Assembly: GCA_028534125.1 (NCBI GenBank)
Contig: CM052829.1
Coordinates: 38,936,001 to 39,000,000 of the forward strand
Direction: 5' to 3'
DNA: 64,000 nucleotides
From: Lama glama
Taxonomy: Eukaryota
Made by a program: the position numbers and the translations under genes. Below the pieces are notes generated by a model that was given only the letters and a program-made list of their open reading frames with translations, did no database searches and had not been told where the DNA came from. The first letter of the stretch is position 1. The number at the start of each line of letters is the position of its first letter. Positions 24,851 to 38,749 of the stretch are shown here, in pieces.

Positions 24851-25407
24851 TTTGGGTTAAGCCATATTCACACAAAATAAGTATAATTGTTTTCGGCATT
24901 GTTTTTATTGAGCTATATGTTACATACAGTAATTTGCACAGATATTAATGTTCTTGGTTTCCTAACATAAGCAGCTCCCTACTAGACCTGATAAAGATCT
25001 GCCTGTTCCCATATGCTGTCTCTGTCAAGGATACCAAGAGCCTTTTTTGAATAAAGTCCTAGTGGCCTGCTATTACTTTCCATCAGAATGATATAATAAA
25101 GTTCAGTTAGTTTGTTAGTGTTTTGAAGAAAAGCATATATCTCTGTAACATGGAATTGAATGCCAGTGAACCAGAAAGCACCTGTACTGCTTTGATTACA
25201 CCTGGAGTTTTCCTGGTCTCATCTAAACTATTGCTTGTTTTCTGTCTCTTATTTAATATCCCGTTTGAATGGAGGATATTTTGGTGTGTTATATGGAATT
25301 CTCTCTCATCTCATCTCATCTCATCTCATTGATTAACATCGTTTACTGGATTTGTATAATAAATATTCTGAGGTGTTGGGCATGGAAGCTGTTGAGATTG
25401 AAATCCT

Positions 25408-25772
25408 TCAGCCATGCTTCTCAAACTTCATGTGCATCTGAATCCCTAGGGATCTTGTTAAAAATGCAGATTCTGATTCAGCAGGTCAGGTGTGGGGTTC
25501 TAAATTCTACATGTGTAACAAGCTCCCGAGTGTTACTGATGCTGACAGTTTATGCCTCACAATTTTGGTAGTAAGGCCCTGTATGTTGTGTGTAAGTGGT
25601 TCTCAGTAGTTTAGCGAGTATCAAATCAATGGAGGGTTTATTAGAACACAAATTTTTTTTTTGTCTCTGCCTCTGAGTGTCTGATTCAATGGAAGTGGGG
25701 CCTGAGAATTTGCATTTCAGAGTTCTCAGATGATGTTGGGGAATGTGCGGGGAACACATTTTGACAGCTACT
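25408..25772. mobile_element. Two adjacent MER5-type MITEs
   Basis: cttctcaaactt...tctgaatccctagggatcttgttaaaaatgcagattctgattcagcagg; second copy gtggttctcag...ctgattcaatggaagtggggcctgagaatttgcatttc. Confidence 0.75.
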
Positions 25773-25849
25773 ATTCTATTGACGAGCCTCCTCATTTTGC
25801 TGTTGCTTACTGATTTGCTGGAAATTTACACTGCTGGTTGTTAACATCT

Positions 25850-26775
25850 GCCCTCAAATGTCTCTGACAAAGTCACCAATGGTCTCTTTGTTGACAAACC
25901 CAATGGACATCTCTCAGTGTTCACGTTACTTGGCTTCTCGGTGGCTTCTGACTGTTGTTGCTCCCCTCTTGATACCTTCATCTCTCTCGGTTACTGTAAT
26001 AGAATTTTCTTTGTTTCCTTCTTACTTCTCTAACTCAGACTTTTTTTCTGTATCAGATTCTTTTGTAAGTTTCTCTTTTATCCAGCCCTGTGTTTTAATC
26101 TCATAATTGTGCCTCACATCCGCCTTTAATCAATAAATCTTTTACCTAGGACCAAATCAATACTCTTCTAATTAATCTCTTTGCCTTGGTTTTGAGTCTC
26201 CAAGCCACCCTTCCCACCTCTACCAAAGTGATCTTTCTAAAATACAAGAGTGATGATAGTCTCACTGTGCTTAAAACCCTTAAGTAGCTTCCCATTTATT
26301 GTAGGATGCAATCCAAACTCTTTAGCTTGGCTAATGTGGCTCTCTATAATCTAGCTCTTATGTACTCTTTCCTTGTATCATGCCTACTTTGGAATCTTAG
26401 TGGACATACTTAAAAACAACCAATTTCCATAGAGGCTACATGATTTCACACCTCCATAACTCTGTTCGTGCTCCTTTCTCTTCCAGGGTTTCCCTTCTTC
26501 CCATATCCATTTAACCAGCAGACATCTTCTCAGCTTTCATATGTCCCTCCTCTTTGAATGCTGGGTGACAATTCCAGGGAGCAGTGACCACTTTCTTGTG
26601 CCCACACATTATAATGACATCAGCAGTACTGTATTGTACTTCTTAGTTTATATGTCTGATTCTCTCTATTAGATTATAAAGCTCTTGAGAACAATGTTTT
26701 TTTCAATTCAGTGTCCCTGTGTATTGCTCTGTGCCTGATACATTGCCTGTCTGTTTTCTGAACAAATGAATGAGC
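25850..26775 (+). mobile_element. L2 LINE 3' portion
   Basis: aaagtgatctttctaaaatacaa...cttaaaacccttaagtagcttcccatt...tccaaactctttagcttggc...ctattagattataaagctcttgag...gtgcctgatacat...gaacaaatgaatga. Confidence 0.8.
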
Positions 26776-26806
26776 AACAGAAACTGAGGAAGCAGCAACT
26801 GATCAA

Positions 26807-26956
26807 NNNNNNNNNNNNNNNNNNNNNNNNNNNNNNNNNNNNNNNNNNNNNNNNNNNNNNNNNNNNNNNNNNNNNNNNNNNNNNNNNNNNNNNNNNNNNN
26901 NNNNNNNNNNNNNNNNNNNNNNNNNNNNNNNNNNNNNNNNNNNNNNNNNNNNNNNN
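26807..26956. other. Assembly gap (150 N)
   Basis: Run of N. Confidence 1.
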
Positions 26957-27257
26957 CATTAGGAGAGATTCCTTCCTCTCTGTTTCCAAATGCTGGGGGC
27001 TCCAGCTGTTCCTTGGGTTGTGGCTGCGTCACTCCAAACTCTGTCTCCATTTTCCCTTTTTCTTTTCTTTCTCTCATAAGGGTGCTTGTTGTTGCTCTGG
27101 GGGCCAAACTGGGTAATCCAAGATAATCTCATCTCAAGACTCTTAATTTAATCTTCTAAGACTTTTTTTTTCCTCCTCCAAATAAGATCACATTCTCAAG
27201 TTCTAGTGGCTAAGACATGGACATAGCTTGTTGGGGGCCACCATTCAACCCACCACA
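26957..27257 (-). mobile_element. MaLR MLT1 (MLT1C-like) LTR, cut by the gap
   Basis: ttccttgggttgtggctgcgtcactccaaactctgtctcc...taatccaagataatctcatctcaagactcttaatttaatc...ggccaccattcaacccaccaca. Confidence 0.85.
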
Positions 27258-27441
27258 GGCACTGTGAAAAAAATAAGGATGGTATTCATAAGTAGAAATA
27301 GGAGAAAGGCAGGAAATCCTCTTCTACCTTCTGGATCCCATGTCATAACAATGAATAGAAGGTGATAGACATGTACTCTGTTATTCCAGTTCTCTTCAAA
27401 CCAGTCATCACCCACAGACAAACTCTTCTTTAAAAAAAAAA

Positions 27442-27443
<2 letters not shown>

Positions 27444-27475
<32 letters not shown>
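27444..27475. repeat. (GT)16 microsatellite next to an A12 run
   Basis: Directly visible. Confidence 0.95.
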
Positions 27476-27476
<1 letters not shown>

Positions 27477-29669
27477 GAGGGGCATGGGTTAAGCACTAAG
27501 AATATTCTCCTTTCTGCCTAAATGAGACCAAGTCCTTTTCCTTAAGCTTAAAAAGACAAGGAAAAAACAACAACAAAACACAAGGATCTCCTTTATTGGT
27601 CCTTGAAAAGCAATACTTTCTGAACTGATTTTGTTTTCTTACAATTTTACATTTGTCCTGTTTCACTTCTTGTTATAGTATCTTGCTTTCTTCACCAGTT
27701 AGGCACGTAAATGCTTTTGATGAAAATGTTAATTTGTATTGGTTGCAAGCAAGCAGAGAAGTAGGTTTGGAATAAGCAGTTATGGAAATTGTGGGGATGG
27801 GAGACTGGGCAAAGGCCTGGGAACGCTGTTCCAGATTCCAGCCCAACCACTCACTCTGCAGTTTGCACATGATCCCCCGGCACCGAAGCCAGGGTTTCCA
27901 GAGCGTACAGCTTGCATTTCCATTAGAGACTGACTGACAATTGCCAAGATCAAACCTTTTCCTCTGACTTTGCAACTGAAGATTGAAGGCTTTCTCATCT
28001 AGTCAACAGCCGTGAGAGAGCTCAGGACAAGTGGGGAAAACGTAAAAATACAGAATGAAGAATCTGTAGAGCTACGTTTCCCTTTGTTTTTCCACAAGAC
28101 AGAAGAGCACAGGATACTGTAATTTGTCAGACCCCCAAACAAAACGAAACAGGTCTGTTGTTAATACAGACAAACGGTCACAGCTGCAGAAAAGTTTCCA
28201 CATGAAATCTTTCAGTCCTCAATAGTCATTTTGCAGTTTTGTGATCGCTTTTCCAGGATTCTTTCCTCCCTCCATGTTTATTCATGTTAACTATTTGTTC
28301 CATGTTGCAAGGCCCTTCTGGTAGATATGCTTCTGACAGTGCTGCTCTCCATACAGTAGTTTTCTAATTTTCTACTCAGTTGCACCAGTATGCATGTGTC
28401 GTTCAGTTGGCCCAGTAGCTTTAACAGTGAAATGTTTTGGTTACCTGGTCTGTTAGAAGGACTGCTGTTACACTCCCTGCCGTACTTCCATTCTCAGCAT
28501 TCCGGTGATGGTGATGCAGCACACACACACACGCTGCCCCCCCGCCAGAAGCATGTGGCTAACTGTTGTGCCACAAACTAATGCAGTGAAGCTTGAAACC
28601 CCAGTTGTCATATAGCTCAAATGTAGGCCAGGTGTGTTGAGAGTTTTCCAAGAGTTTGACTGTATTTTGGTTAAGTTGAATTTCCTAGGCTGGCTTGAAT
28701 TGCTGTGAAGTGAGAAAGCCAGGCTGAAAGACCTGGTGTTTGATCACTTAAGGCTGAAATTTAAACCTCAAGCAAAACTCAAGGAATCCAAAACTGATTC
28801 AAAACAGAAAGAAGAAAGTTTTATGGGACATTTCTGTGATGGAAACTGATGAGTTATGCATTTTTACTGTTGATTCTAAGCTTGTCTTCCTCTTTTGCCA
28901 GTGTATATTTATCTCTTTGGGAATAATACCATGTTACAGTAAAACTGCTTTCATTTTGACTGCATCTGTGATACTCAGATACATAGAGGTTGATGTTTAC
29001 TTTTGCTCTGACAAGAGAGAGTTTCCAAAGAATGCTGTACAAACTTGGGAGATAAATGTTTAACCCTTGTAGGAGGAAAAGGATGCCTGGGCCTTTGTAT
29101 AACACTTTACCAGCACAGAAATAATTTGAATATAAATAATTACAAAATTGAAATGACAAAGTATTCATATATGAAAATGGAGTCCAGAGTTTTCTACTTG
29201 GCAGACTTTATGGACTTTCAGAATTATTCAATATAAATGAAAGTAATAAAAATTGAACTTAAATATAAAATAATTTTTATAATACTTTTTACAGTGTGTC
29301 CATTTATTCAGATGGACTTTTATCTAAATTAGTAAGATATTACTGTGTTTATTTGTATAGAGTCATACACATAAATTTTCTAAAGATACGTGTATTTACA
29401 TGCATTTTAAGCTATAATTTTACAGATTTTATGCTATATTTAAAGCAAATAAGGAAAAGTAAATGTGAAAAATTAAATGTTTCATACATTTTGGATATAA
29501 AGTATTATAGGTTCATTGTCAAAAATTAAGGAAATACAGAAAAATCTAAAGAAGACAAGAAACCACTTCTAATCCTACCGCTTAATAATAATCATGGTGA
29601 ACATTTTTAGAATTACTTTTAGCATTTTTGTGTGTATATTATCTTTTTAAACAATTAAATCAAGATCAA

Positions 29670-31440
29670 TTAATGTGTCAAAGCTGCTGGAACAACTGAA
29701 TATCCATATGGAAGAAAACAAATGAACTTTGACCCATATCTCCATACACAAAAAATTAATTTGAGATAGGTCATAGACCTTAACTTAAAATCAGAAACAT
29801 AAAGCTTCAAGAAGAATAAAAAGAGGCCATCTTGATCTTGGGACAGAGATTTCATAGGGAGAAAACCAAACACATAAGAGAAATAAGATAAATAATGTTT
29901 AATTCAACAATGCAAAATTTCTTTACTCATTAGAAGACATCATTCAGAAATGACCAGACAAGTCATAAACTGGGGAAAAAAATATTCTCAGTACATATAT
30001 ATGACAAAAGGCTTGTATCCAGATATATAAAGAAACTCTAAAAACAGTAATAAATTAATAATACATAGTAATTATTAATTTTTGTATAATAATTAGGTAA
30101 AGCAACAAATATTTATTATCTTGTACTTTTTGAGAGTCAGGAATTTGGGGGAAAGTTAGCTGCATGGTTCTAGTTGAGTGTTGCTTATGAGGCTACAGTG
30201 AATATATCACTTGGGGCTGCAGTCAGTTGAAGGTCTGACTGGAGCTGGAAGACTCCCTTGCAGGATGACTCACTCACATGGCTGTTTGCAGTAGGCATCA
30301 GTTCCTTGCCACGTGGGCTTCTTTATAGGTTACTTGAGAATATGTCCTCATGATATGGCAGCTGTCCTCCCCCAGAGTGAGCAATCCAAGAGAGACAGCC
30401 AAGAGGAAGTCACAATGCCTTTCACATTCTGTTTTAGACATGCACACCTTCACTTCAACCATAGTCTCTTTATTAAAATCAAGTCACTGAGTACAGCCCA
30501 GATTTAAGGAAATTAGGCTCCACCTTTTAAATGAAGGAATATCAAATAATTTGTGGATATATTTTTAAATCACTATAGATGCTTCAATGAAGAAGATACA
30601 TATATATATACATAAGTGGACAGTAAGTATAGGAACAAAACTATTCAACTTCATTAGTCATCATTAGTCATTAGATAATGCAAATTATATCCACTATGAA
30701 ATACTATTTCAACTCATTAGGGTGGCTAAAGTGAAAAAGATTGACAACACCAAATGTTGGAGGGTATATGGAGCAACTGGAACTCTCATTATTGTTGGTG
30801 AGAGTGTAAAATAGCATATACACTTTGGTGAATTTCCTAGCAGATCTTACAAAGTTTACACCTAACTTACTCCATTTCTGATATTTTCTGGAGGGAAGTT
30901 AAACACATGTCCACAAAATAACCTAAGATGTGGCAATATTGAGATTATCCATAAACACTTAAAACTGTAAACAGTCCAATGTCTATTAACAGGGAGAAGG
31001 AAAAATGAATTTATACAATGGAATTCTTACAAAATGTGTATTTATACAATCAGTTATTACTTAGCAATACAAAAGAATGAACTCCTGATACATTCAACAA
31101 CATGAATGTATCTCAGAATGTAATGATCTCATATAATTATTAAGCAAAAGAAACCAGACATGAAAGAGTAAATATTGTATGATGCCATTTATATGAAGTC
31201 TAAGAACAGGCAAAACTAGTCTATAGAGACAGAAATAAGAAAATGATTGCCTAGTGAGAATAAAGGCAGGGAATTGATTGGAAATGGGCAAGAGGGAATC
31301 TTAGGAGGGTGATGAAAATGCTCTATTTTTTGTTTTGGTTAGTAGTTACACCAGCATACACAATTTCCAAAATTCATAAAACTGAATACCTAAGATATGT
31401 GCATTTTTTCATGTTAATAATGCTATAATAAAAAATAAAA
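29670..31440 (+). mobile_element. L1M (L1MB/MC-type) 3' region interrupted by an MLT1 LTR
   Basis: gctggaacaactgaatatccatatgg; ggcttgtatccagatatataaagaa; gataatgcaaatt...gacaacaccaaatgttgg...gagcaactggaactctca; ccatttatatgaagtctaagaacaggcaaaacta. Confidence 0.85.
30090..30577 (-). mobile_element. MaLR MLT1 (MLT1F/G-like) LTR nested in L1
   Basis: gagtcaggaatttggg...ggggctgcagtcagttgaaggtctgactggagctggaag...cagttccttgccacgtggg...aagtcactgagtacagcccagattt. Confidence 0.8.
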
Positions 31441-31889
31441 ATGAAGCTCATCTGGAGAATATTTACTGCTTCTTTGGCTAAAATTATATTGTGTTTTTTT
31501 ATTCCCTTTGTTTTGTGAGTGTTTTGATGGCTGCATATTATTTCAGGATGTTGATACCATCTAAATATAAATATCATGATATGAATAAAATTGTTTATCA
31601 TAATATGAATATATCACTATTGAATTTATAAATATCAAGATTAATCTCAAATTTTATAACAAGCAATGGTAAATTTCCTCTTATCTCTAAGTGTCTTGTC
31701 TTGTGTGCATTTATGATTATAGGAACATTATATTTAAGCTTTTATTTCAAGAGTAGCTGGTGTTCCTGATTAGATGATGAGTCTTAAAGGTCTTTCTTCA
31801 TTAGATGTTTCCTGGTGGATCTTTCCTCCCTCTCTTCCTTTCCTCCTCCTCTTCCTCCTTACCCTTCTTTTCATTCTCTCCCACTTTGT

Positions 31890-32855
31890 GTATTTTACCT
31901 AACTTTTTATTTTAAAAAGTTCAATTCTTTAGAAAAGTAAGATAAAGAGGAGTATAATGAATGCCTGTATATCCTTCACATAGATTCACCAATTCTTAAC
32001 ATTTTGCTGCATTTGCATTGTGTGTTTGCAAGCATATAAGTTTTCTTAAGTTGCAGATGTTACTTAAGCCTGTGAAAACATGGGTAATATCCCGCAAAGT
32101 CAAAATAAAATGATCACTCTCAAGAAATTTAACGCTGATGCAATAATATTATCAAATGTAGAGTGCACGTTCAAAGTTTCTAAATGGACCTCAAACTTCC
32201 CTTCCTACTTTTTTTGTTGTTGTTTCAGGATCCAAGCAAAGATAATACATTGCATTTGGTTGTTTCCTCAGTCTCCTTTAATCTATTTTAGAACAACCTC
32301 TCTACCTTTTTTTCTGTTTGACATTGATATTTTTAGGGCTCTAAAACATTGTAGAATGCTCCTCAAAATGGATTTGTCTGATTATTTCCTCACGATTAGG
32401 TTCAGGTTGAACATTTTTGGCAAGAATACCACATGAGTGATGTGTATAATGTGTTGCATTATGTAGTGTCACTGTGTTCCTTCGCTGGTGAAGCTAAGCT
32501 TGATCTCTTGGTTAAGATGTTTTCACCAGATTGCTTCCTCTTTGAAACTAAGAAATTATCTGTAGGATGATCATGTGAATATTGTGCCCTCCAATAAGCT
32601 TTCTTCTAATAATTATAATGTTTACCAATGATCCTTATCTGACTCAGTTTTAACAATGAAGCTGTAAATGGAGATTTTCTAATTCTATTTGTTTTTTACA
32701 TTTATTAGCTACATTCTTCTGTGTAACAGTGCTTTCCTCTTTCCTCCTTCTCTATTTTAGCATCATCGATTCTTAAAAAAATTTTTTTATTTAATATATT
32801 GTAATGTCTTTTGGACATTGTAGTGTTCAAATTGCCCTAAATTTGGCCAGTAGAG
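31890..32855 (-). mobile_element. L1MC-type 3' end, antisense
   Basis: tagattcaccaattcttaacattttg; caggatccaagcaaagataatacattgcatttggttg; ggatttgtctgattatttcctcacgattaggttcaggttgaacatttttggcaagaatac. Confidence 0.8.
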
Positions 32856-32962
32856 ATCAGAGGTAATATTTTAAAATCATTTTAGATTGTTTTAAGCCAT
32901 TTGTCCCAAAAGTCATAACTGTTCAAATTAAATTGATTTCTTTAATGTTTGAAGATGATGTC

Positions 32963-33378
32963 CAGTAGTGCGACGGTAAATATTTAACAATCAGTTTTCT
33001 CATAAAAAAAAAAAGATCCCATTTGTAGTGTTTGCTAATTTCCATGGTGTACGTACTCTCACCCTGGTTGATTTCAGGTTGACAATGGGGAGAGATGCAT
33101 GATAACTTGCTATTGTTTTGTATTTCTACCATGCAGGTACAATAAATATGAATAAATTCAAGAGTTTGTATGAGTCAAACATAATCAACTTATTAGGAGG
33201 TGATGGATTTTGAATATTATTACCTTTGTGTTTAATATCACTTATTTAATATTTAGTTTGTATAGTTCAATTTTAAATAATATCTGTGTTTAACAACTGG
33301 CTCACCAAAGTTTTTTTGCCAGAGTTGAACAGTTGGCTTTTATGAGCAGGTACAAACCAGCTTTAGGACACAATCCCA
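32963..33378. mobile_element. MER63-type hAT-Blackjack DNA transposon
   Basis: cagtagtgcgacggtaaatatttaacaa...tttgctaatttccatggtgta...aacaactggctcac...gagcaggtacaaaccagctttaggacac. Confidence 0.7.
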
Positions 33379-34379
33379 GTGTCTATCAGCAACCAAAGTC
33401 TGAGCCTAACTTTTGACTTCAATATTAATTAAATGTCAATAAAATTTTACTCAAAATCAGATTGGAAAATCCTAGAATACTTTTTTCCCCAGAGAAATCA
33501 CTTTGTCAGAGAAATCAGTTTCCCTCCCTCTTCTCCACTTGATGCTCTTAGATTAGTAGTGTCAAAAACTGTTACTGTCTTCAATTTCCTGAACTGTAAA
33601 GTTAGTAAGGACTTCAGGTAATACGTGAAGGAGAAATGACGGACCATTTAGGGACAAGAGGCCCCCGTGTATAATCCTGTCCAGATCTTCTGCTGGGAAA
33701 CATACTGTTTCCTCTCCCCAGCTTCCATCCCTTCTAGAATCAGTTCCACTTTTCCTGGTAAATGTCCTTCACCCACACCAGCTGTGTACCTTGCTCCCTT
33801 CCCACAGTTTTTTCCTTGGGACTTTTTCAACTGGATCTAGAAGAGAGATTCAGTCCTTCTCTGGAGGGGAAAGTATGATGTAAATGTGGGAGAAACTGGC
33901 AAGGGAAGTTGTGTGATCAGATTTCCCCTCTAGACTAGTGCTCTTAACGCCCCTGTAGGCACTGCTCTGTGTATTCTGTGTCTCTCGTGGTCCGAGGATG
34001 CGCCTCCTTAAAGTGGGATGGAGAAATTAGGGTGGAGCCACCGGTTGCAAGGTGCTAAACACTGATTCTTGAAATGAAAAGGTAATCATAATCTAGTTCA
34101 GCTCAGTTCAACTTTATTAAGTGTCATCCTTGTGCCAAGAAACAGTGTTATATGCTGGAGAAAAAGGATGAGAGTCACATCTATATCTTAAAAGATCTAG
34201 TCTAGTAGGAAAGAAGTGTGTGTAATCAAGACATACAAATACATAGCAGTCTTACAGCGTATCTATACAATGAACACTCAACAGCCATTATCTGTATGTA
34301 CATCTGTGAAATACTACATAGCTACTAAAATCACATCTCTGAAGAGTATTTCTAAACAGAGGAAAGAGTCATCATATGA

Positions 34380-34500
34380 TCATTATATACACACCCATAT
34401 GCACATACACTCATGTATATATATATACACTCTGCATATATATACATATGTACATACACATATGTATACACACACATATATAAAGCATATATGTATGCAA
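34380..34500. repeat. (TA/CA)n low-complexity tract within an old L1 3' end
   Basis: Directly visible. Confidence 0.8.
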
Positions 34501-34754
34501 AACTAAGATTTAAGAACATGCATAATGGGGTGACTCTAATTTTACTTTTTAAAAGTATATATACATAGAAAAAGGATAGAAGGAAATACTGTAAAGTGAA
34601 GAGTAAGTGGTAGATTGTAAATGACTTTATTTCATTATTTTTTCTGTTTTCATAATTTTCAAAATTTTCAGAGACTAATATGGCTGACATCAGTACTCAA
34701 AATATTTTATTGTTTAAGATATTGCTCAGTTATCATAGGTCTTAATTTATGCAG

Positions 34755-35122
34755 TGTATTAATCTTCTAGGATTAATACAAAATACCTGAGACTAGGTGG
34801 CTTAAACCCAGAAATTCATTTCTCACGGAAGTCCAAGATCAAGGTGTCAGCATGTTTTGTTTCTCCTGAGGTTTCTTTCCTTCACTTGCAGAGACTGGTT
34901 GTCACTGTGTCCTCATGTGGCTTCTCCTCTTTGTGCTCAAGTTCCTGGTGTCTCTTCCCTGCCTTACAGGGATCCTAGTTGGTTGGGTTAAGACCCCACC
35001 CATATGATCTCATTTAACCTTAATTATCTCCTCAAAGATCCTCTCTCCAAATTCAGTAACATCAGAGTTATATCTTCAACCTGTCAATTTTGGGGAGGGT
35101 GGACATGAATCAGTCCATAACA
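34755..35122 (-). mobile_element. MaLR MLT1A-like solo LTR
   Basis: tgtatta...gactaggtggcttaaac...gaagtccaagatcaaggtgtcagca...ctcatttaaccttaattatctcc...aatcagtccataaca. Confidence 0.85.
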
Positions 35123-35784
35123 TACAACTTATAAAATGAGTTTAAACCTAAAAAAATGATGCAAAATAAAGCAATTAAAGTTCTAAAAGTGAAAGAATTT
35201 TCCATGTAGCTTATTTTAACTGGTGATTATTTGTAACATCTTTGTAAATTTGAAAATCAGTGTCTAGTTTTCTAAATAAATGTTGCCACCTCCATTTTCC
35301 ACATCCACTACCCAAATATTTTCTTAGTTATATTGTCATTTAATTATATGGGTATAGAAGATATTATTGTTAAAAGTATTCTGTACTTTAAAACATGAGT
35401 TTATCTTTGAAACTTTTTTTTTAATTTCAATGCCTTTTTTCTTTTCTAAAACATATCCAGGTGAATGCTCTTCCAAATGACTTGATTTAGTTACATTGTA
35501 GTGGGAGAAATTTTATATTTAGGCCTATGGAAATTCAATCCTGGATATAAGAAGAATTTAGAGAACTTTAGAGATGGTGACAGTTTCTCCAAGATCAGTG
35601 TGCCTTAAAGTGCGTATATGTATATATACATACAGATAGATGAAAACACGTATTTGTCTCTGATTTAAAAATAACACATTTTCATTGTAGAAATTTTTTA
35701 AAAAGACAGAAAAGCACAAAGAACAAAAGCATACACTTTATCCCAATATCCAGAGATATCCGATGTTAGTATTTTGCTCTGTAT

Positions 35785-36312
35785 TTGTGTCTGGCCTCCA
35801 ACTTGGCGTCCAATGGTCCTCACCTCCTGATAGTCACACCCTTGTGTAGCCTCTTCCCCTATGGAATCAGGCTGATCCATGTGAGAATTAAAATCTTCTG
35901 AAAGTAACTGTGTGTGACTCCTGAGACTAAATCATTAAAGAAACCACAGCTTCTGTTCCGGTCTCTTGGATAGATCCCTCTGAGGAAATCTAGCCACCAT
36001 GTTTGGAGATACTCAGGCGTCCCTGGAGAGGCCCATAAGAAGAGGAACTGAGACCTCCTACCAACAGCCAGCATCCACCCACAAGCCATGTGACTGAGCC
36101 TCTGTGGAAGTGGATCCTCTAGCCCTGGTCAGACCTTCAGATGACTACACCCTGGCTTTGCAACCTCATGAGAGAACCCAGGCAATAGCTGCAGACTCTG
36201 CTCCTCCCAAATTCCTGACCTATCAAGAACATGAGAGATGATAAATGATTGCTACTGTGTTTAGCCCTTAAGTTTTGGCATGATTCATTACACAGCAATA
36301 GATAAATAATAG
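35785..36312 (+). mobile_element. MaLR MLT1E/F-like solo LTR
   Basis: cctcacctcctgatagtcacacccttgtgtagcc...gaggaactgag...gaagtggatcctctagccc...taagttttggcatgattcattacacagcaatagataa. Confidence 0.85.
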
Positions 36313-36377
36313 CATATTCTTCCAGTTTTTCTATTATATTTATTTTTTTCATTCAACAAATACTCATTGAACTCTTG

Positions 36378-37258
36378 CTACATCAGTCAGGGTTGAACCA
36401 GAGAAATAGAATAAGAAGGGAATCTGTGTGTGGGGTGTGTGTGCATGTGTGTATTTATGACATGGGACTAACCTACATATTGCCATCATGGGGGTCTCTG
36501 AGCAAGCCTGAAGTCCACAGCGCAGGCGGTCAGGAAGAAAAAGTCATGAGCAGGTTGGAACCCTGTGAGCACAGGCTGAAGTTTGTCCTCAGGAAGCAGC
36601 CACTCAGGAAGATCGATCCAGGGGGAAGAGAGAGTAATTGTACCTTCAACTGCTGCTTTGAAGTCTTTTAGCTCAGGGAAGTCTTAAGCTTTCTTTTAAA
36701 GGCCTTCCAGCTGATTAAGCCAGGTCCCCTAAGGGTAATCTCTCTTTGGATTTGTTTGAAGTCAGCTGACTTGGACTTTAATTACATTTGCCAAATCCCT
36801 TCATAGCAGCACCTAGCTTAGTGTGATTGAAAAACTGGTCAGGAGAGAGAGAGTTTTTTATTATGAGGAATTGGCTCACGTAAATATGGAGGCTGAGCAC
36901 AATCTGCTAACTGTAAGCAGGAGACCCAGGAAAGCCAGTGGTGTAATTCAGTCTGATTCTGAAGGCCAGAGAAACATGGGAGCAGATGATGTAAACCCCA
37001 GTCCAAGGGCCAGAGAAGATGAGATGTCCCAGCTCAATCAGTGAGGCAGGAAAAAGGGCAAATTCCTCCTTCCTCTGCCTTTGGTCCTCAGTGGACTGGA
37101 TGATGCTCACCCACTTTGGGGAGGGTTATCTACTTTACTGGGTCTGCTACTTGAAACGTTAGTCTCATCCAGAAACTACCTCAGAGACATACTAAGAAAT
37201 AATGTTTAATCCAGCTGCCCTGTGGCTAGTCAGGTTGACACATAAAATTAATCATCAT
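36378..37258 (-). mobile_element. ERVL MLT2-type LTR sequence (two abutting/nested copies, junction ~36840)
   Basis: tcagtcagggttgaaccagagaaatagaa...cagcacctagcttagtg; ttattatgaggaattggctcacg...gagacccaggaaagccagtggtgtaattcagtc...gttgacacataaaattaatcatca. Confidence 0.8.
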
Positions 37259-38622
37259 GGCTGGTTTCTCCATATTATCACCTACCTATTACTAATTAAC
37301 ATGCTGCTTTTTTAAAAACTAATTCTGCTTATTCATATTCACTTAGCATGAGCTGTGTATGCAATATTGTACATCAATTCTGCATCTTTCTTCCATGACA
37401 CGTACAAATTTTTAGAAAGATTTTCAGAAATGTTCATGCTGTTTTCTATATTAATGTATTTAAGACATCAATACAGAGCTATAATAACTGACTTAAGAAA
37501 TCATCCTTGATAAACATTGTTCAGAGAAAGCAGTTTTTATTGTTTATTATCTTATAGATAAAAATTGTGTCTTGCATTTGGATTGGGGTTTTCTTCTCAT
37601 TTTCAAAATACTTTCACATCTGCATCTCACATGATCAGAATGTGAGCAGGGCAAGATGTCACATAACAAAATGTACAAGGTGGAAGGGGGTCTTGTGGTT
37701 CATTGTGAGTATACTAAGTGTAAGAGAAAGTACAAAGTTAAGGAAGACTTTCTATCTTAAGGAGTTGTTAGTCTTGTAGGGGAGAACAGTCTGCAAACAG
37801 ACAGCTATAAGAGAAGATCTGATATGATAAGTAACGTTATGAATAACAGACAGGGATGGGTTTGGGGAACATGGAGGCAGAAGAATCAGACTGAGCAGAG
37901 TCACAGAATATGCCTAAAATGCCTCACCAGAGAGCATATTATGGTGTTCTTGGCACGTGTTTGCAATGAAAAGTTAGGCCAGTGGAAAGTCATGAATGTA
38001 ACTAACAAAAGTTATGTTTGAGTCTGTCTCAAATAATGTTTCCTTGAAGCTAAGCAGGGAAGATATTTTTTTACCCAGTGGAACGAAAAAAAAAGCTTTT
38101 TTTGGAAAATGTTAACCCTTCCAAGGCCTCCATTGAACTATGGATTTTCTGTGGCTGATAATTTTCATCAGGATTTTAAGTGATATTGAACAATATCTGA
38201 TTTGCGAGAGGACTGAAATCTTTTAACACTGAAAACATATTTGTTATTGACACTGAAAACCTGTGAGGCTGAACATAAGTGGAGCAGGACCAGAGAGATA
38301 ACTACGAATGATAGGAGTGTAGAAACCTCTCTGCTCAGTAACCAAGCTCAGGAACAGGCCTGAGAACACGGTCCTGGCCCTGGAGTGGCATGGCACTAGC
38401 AACGTGGGACTGGTGGAACCACAGTGCCTGCCCTTCTAGGAGTCATCTTGGGTCCTTTGGGCTCTGCTAGACTAGTGTGTGCATTTCTTCTGGCAGGGTC
38501 CCTGCATCGCCTGATTGCAGTCAAGGAGCCTACCATCAACGGGAGAAATAAACGGCAAGCTGTGTCCTCTCTGTGTCGGGAATGAAACCAGTGGTCATTT
38601 ACTTTAAACATTTATCTTTTAA

Positions 38623-38749
38623 ATTTTTTTGAGGGGGAGATAATTAGACTTATTTATTTACTTATTTTCTTATTGGAGGTTCTGGGGACTGAACCCAAGA
38701 CCTTGTGCATGCTAGACATGCACTCTACCACTGAGCTATACCTTCCTCA
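38623..38749 (-). mobile_element. Vic-1-like camelid SINE, full length
   Basis: Reverse complement ggaaggtatagctcagtggtagagtgcatgtctagcatgcacaaggtcttgggttcagtcccc; perfect 19-bp TSD ttaaacatttatcttttaa at 38604-38622 and 38750-38768. Confidence 0.92.

Noticed and set aside
25303-25329. (TCTCA)n and other short tandem duplications (e.g. agtagcaggcc x2 at 63244-63265) as CRISPR-like arrays
   Set aside because: Simple slippage repeats without spacers in a mammalian genome
26703-27116. ORFs spanning the N run
   Set aside because: Artifacts of the assembly gap
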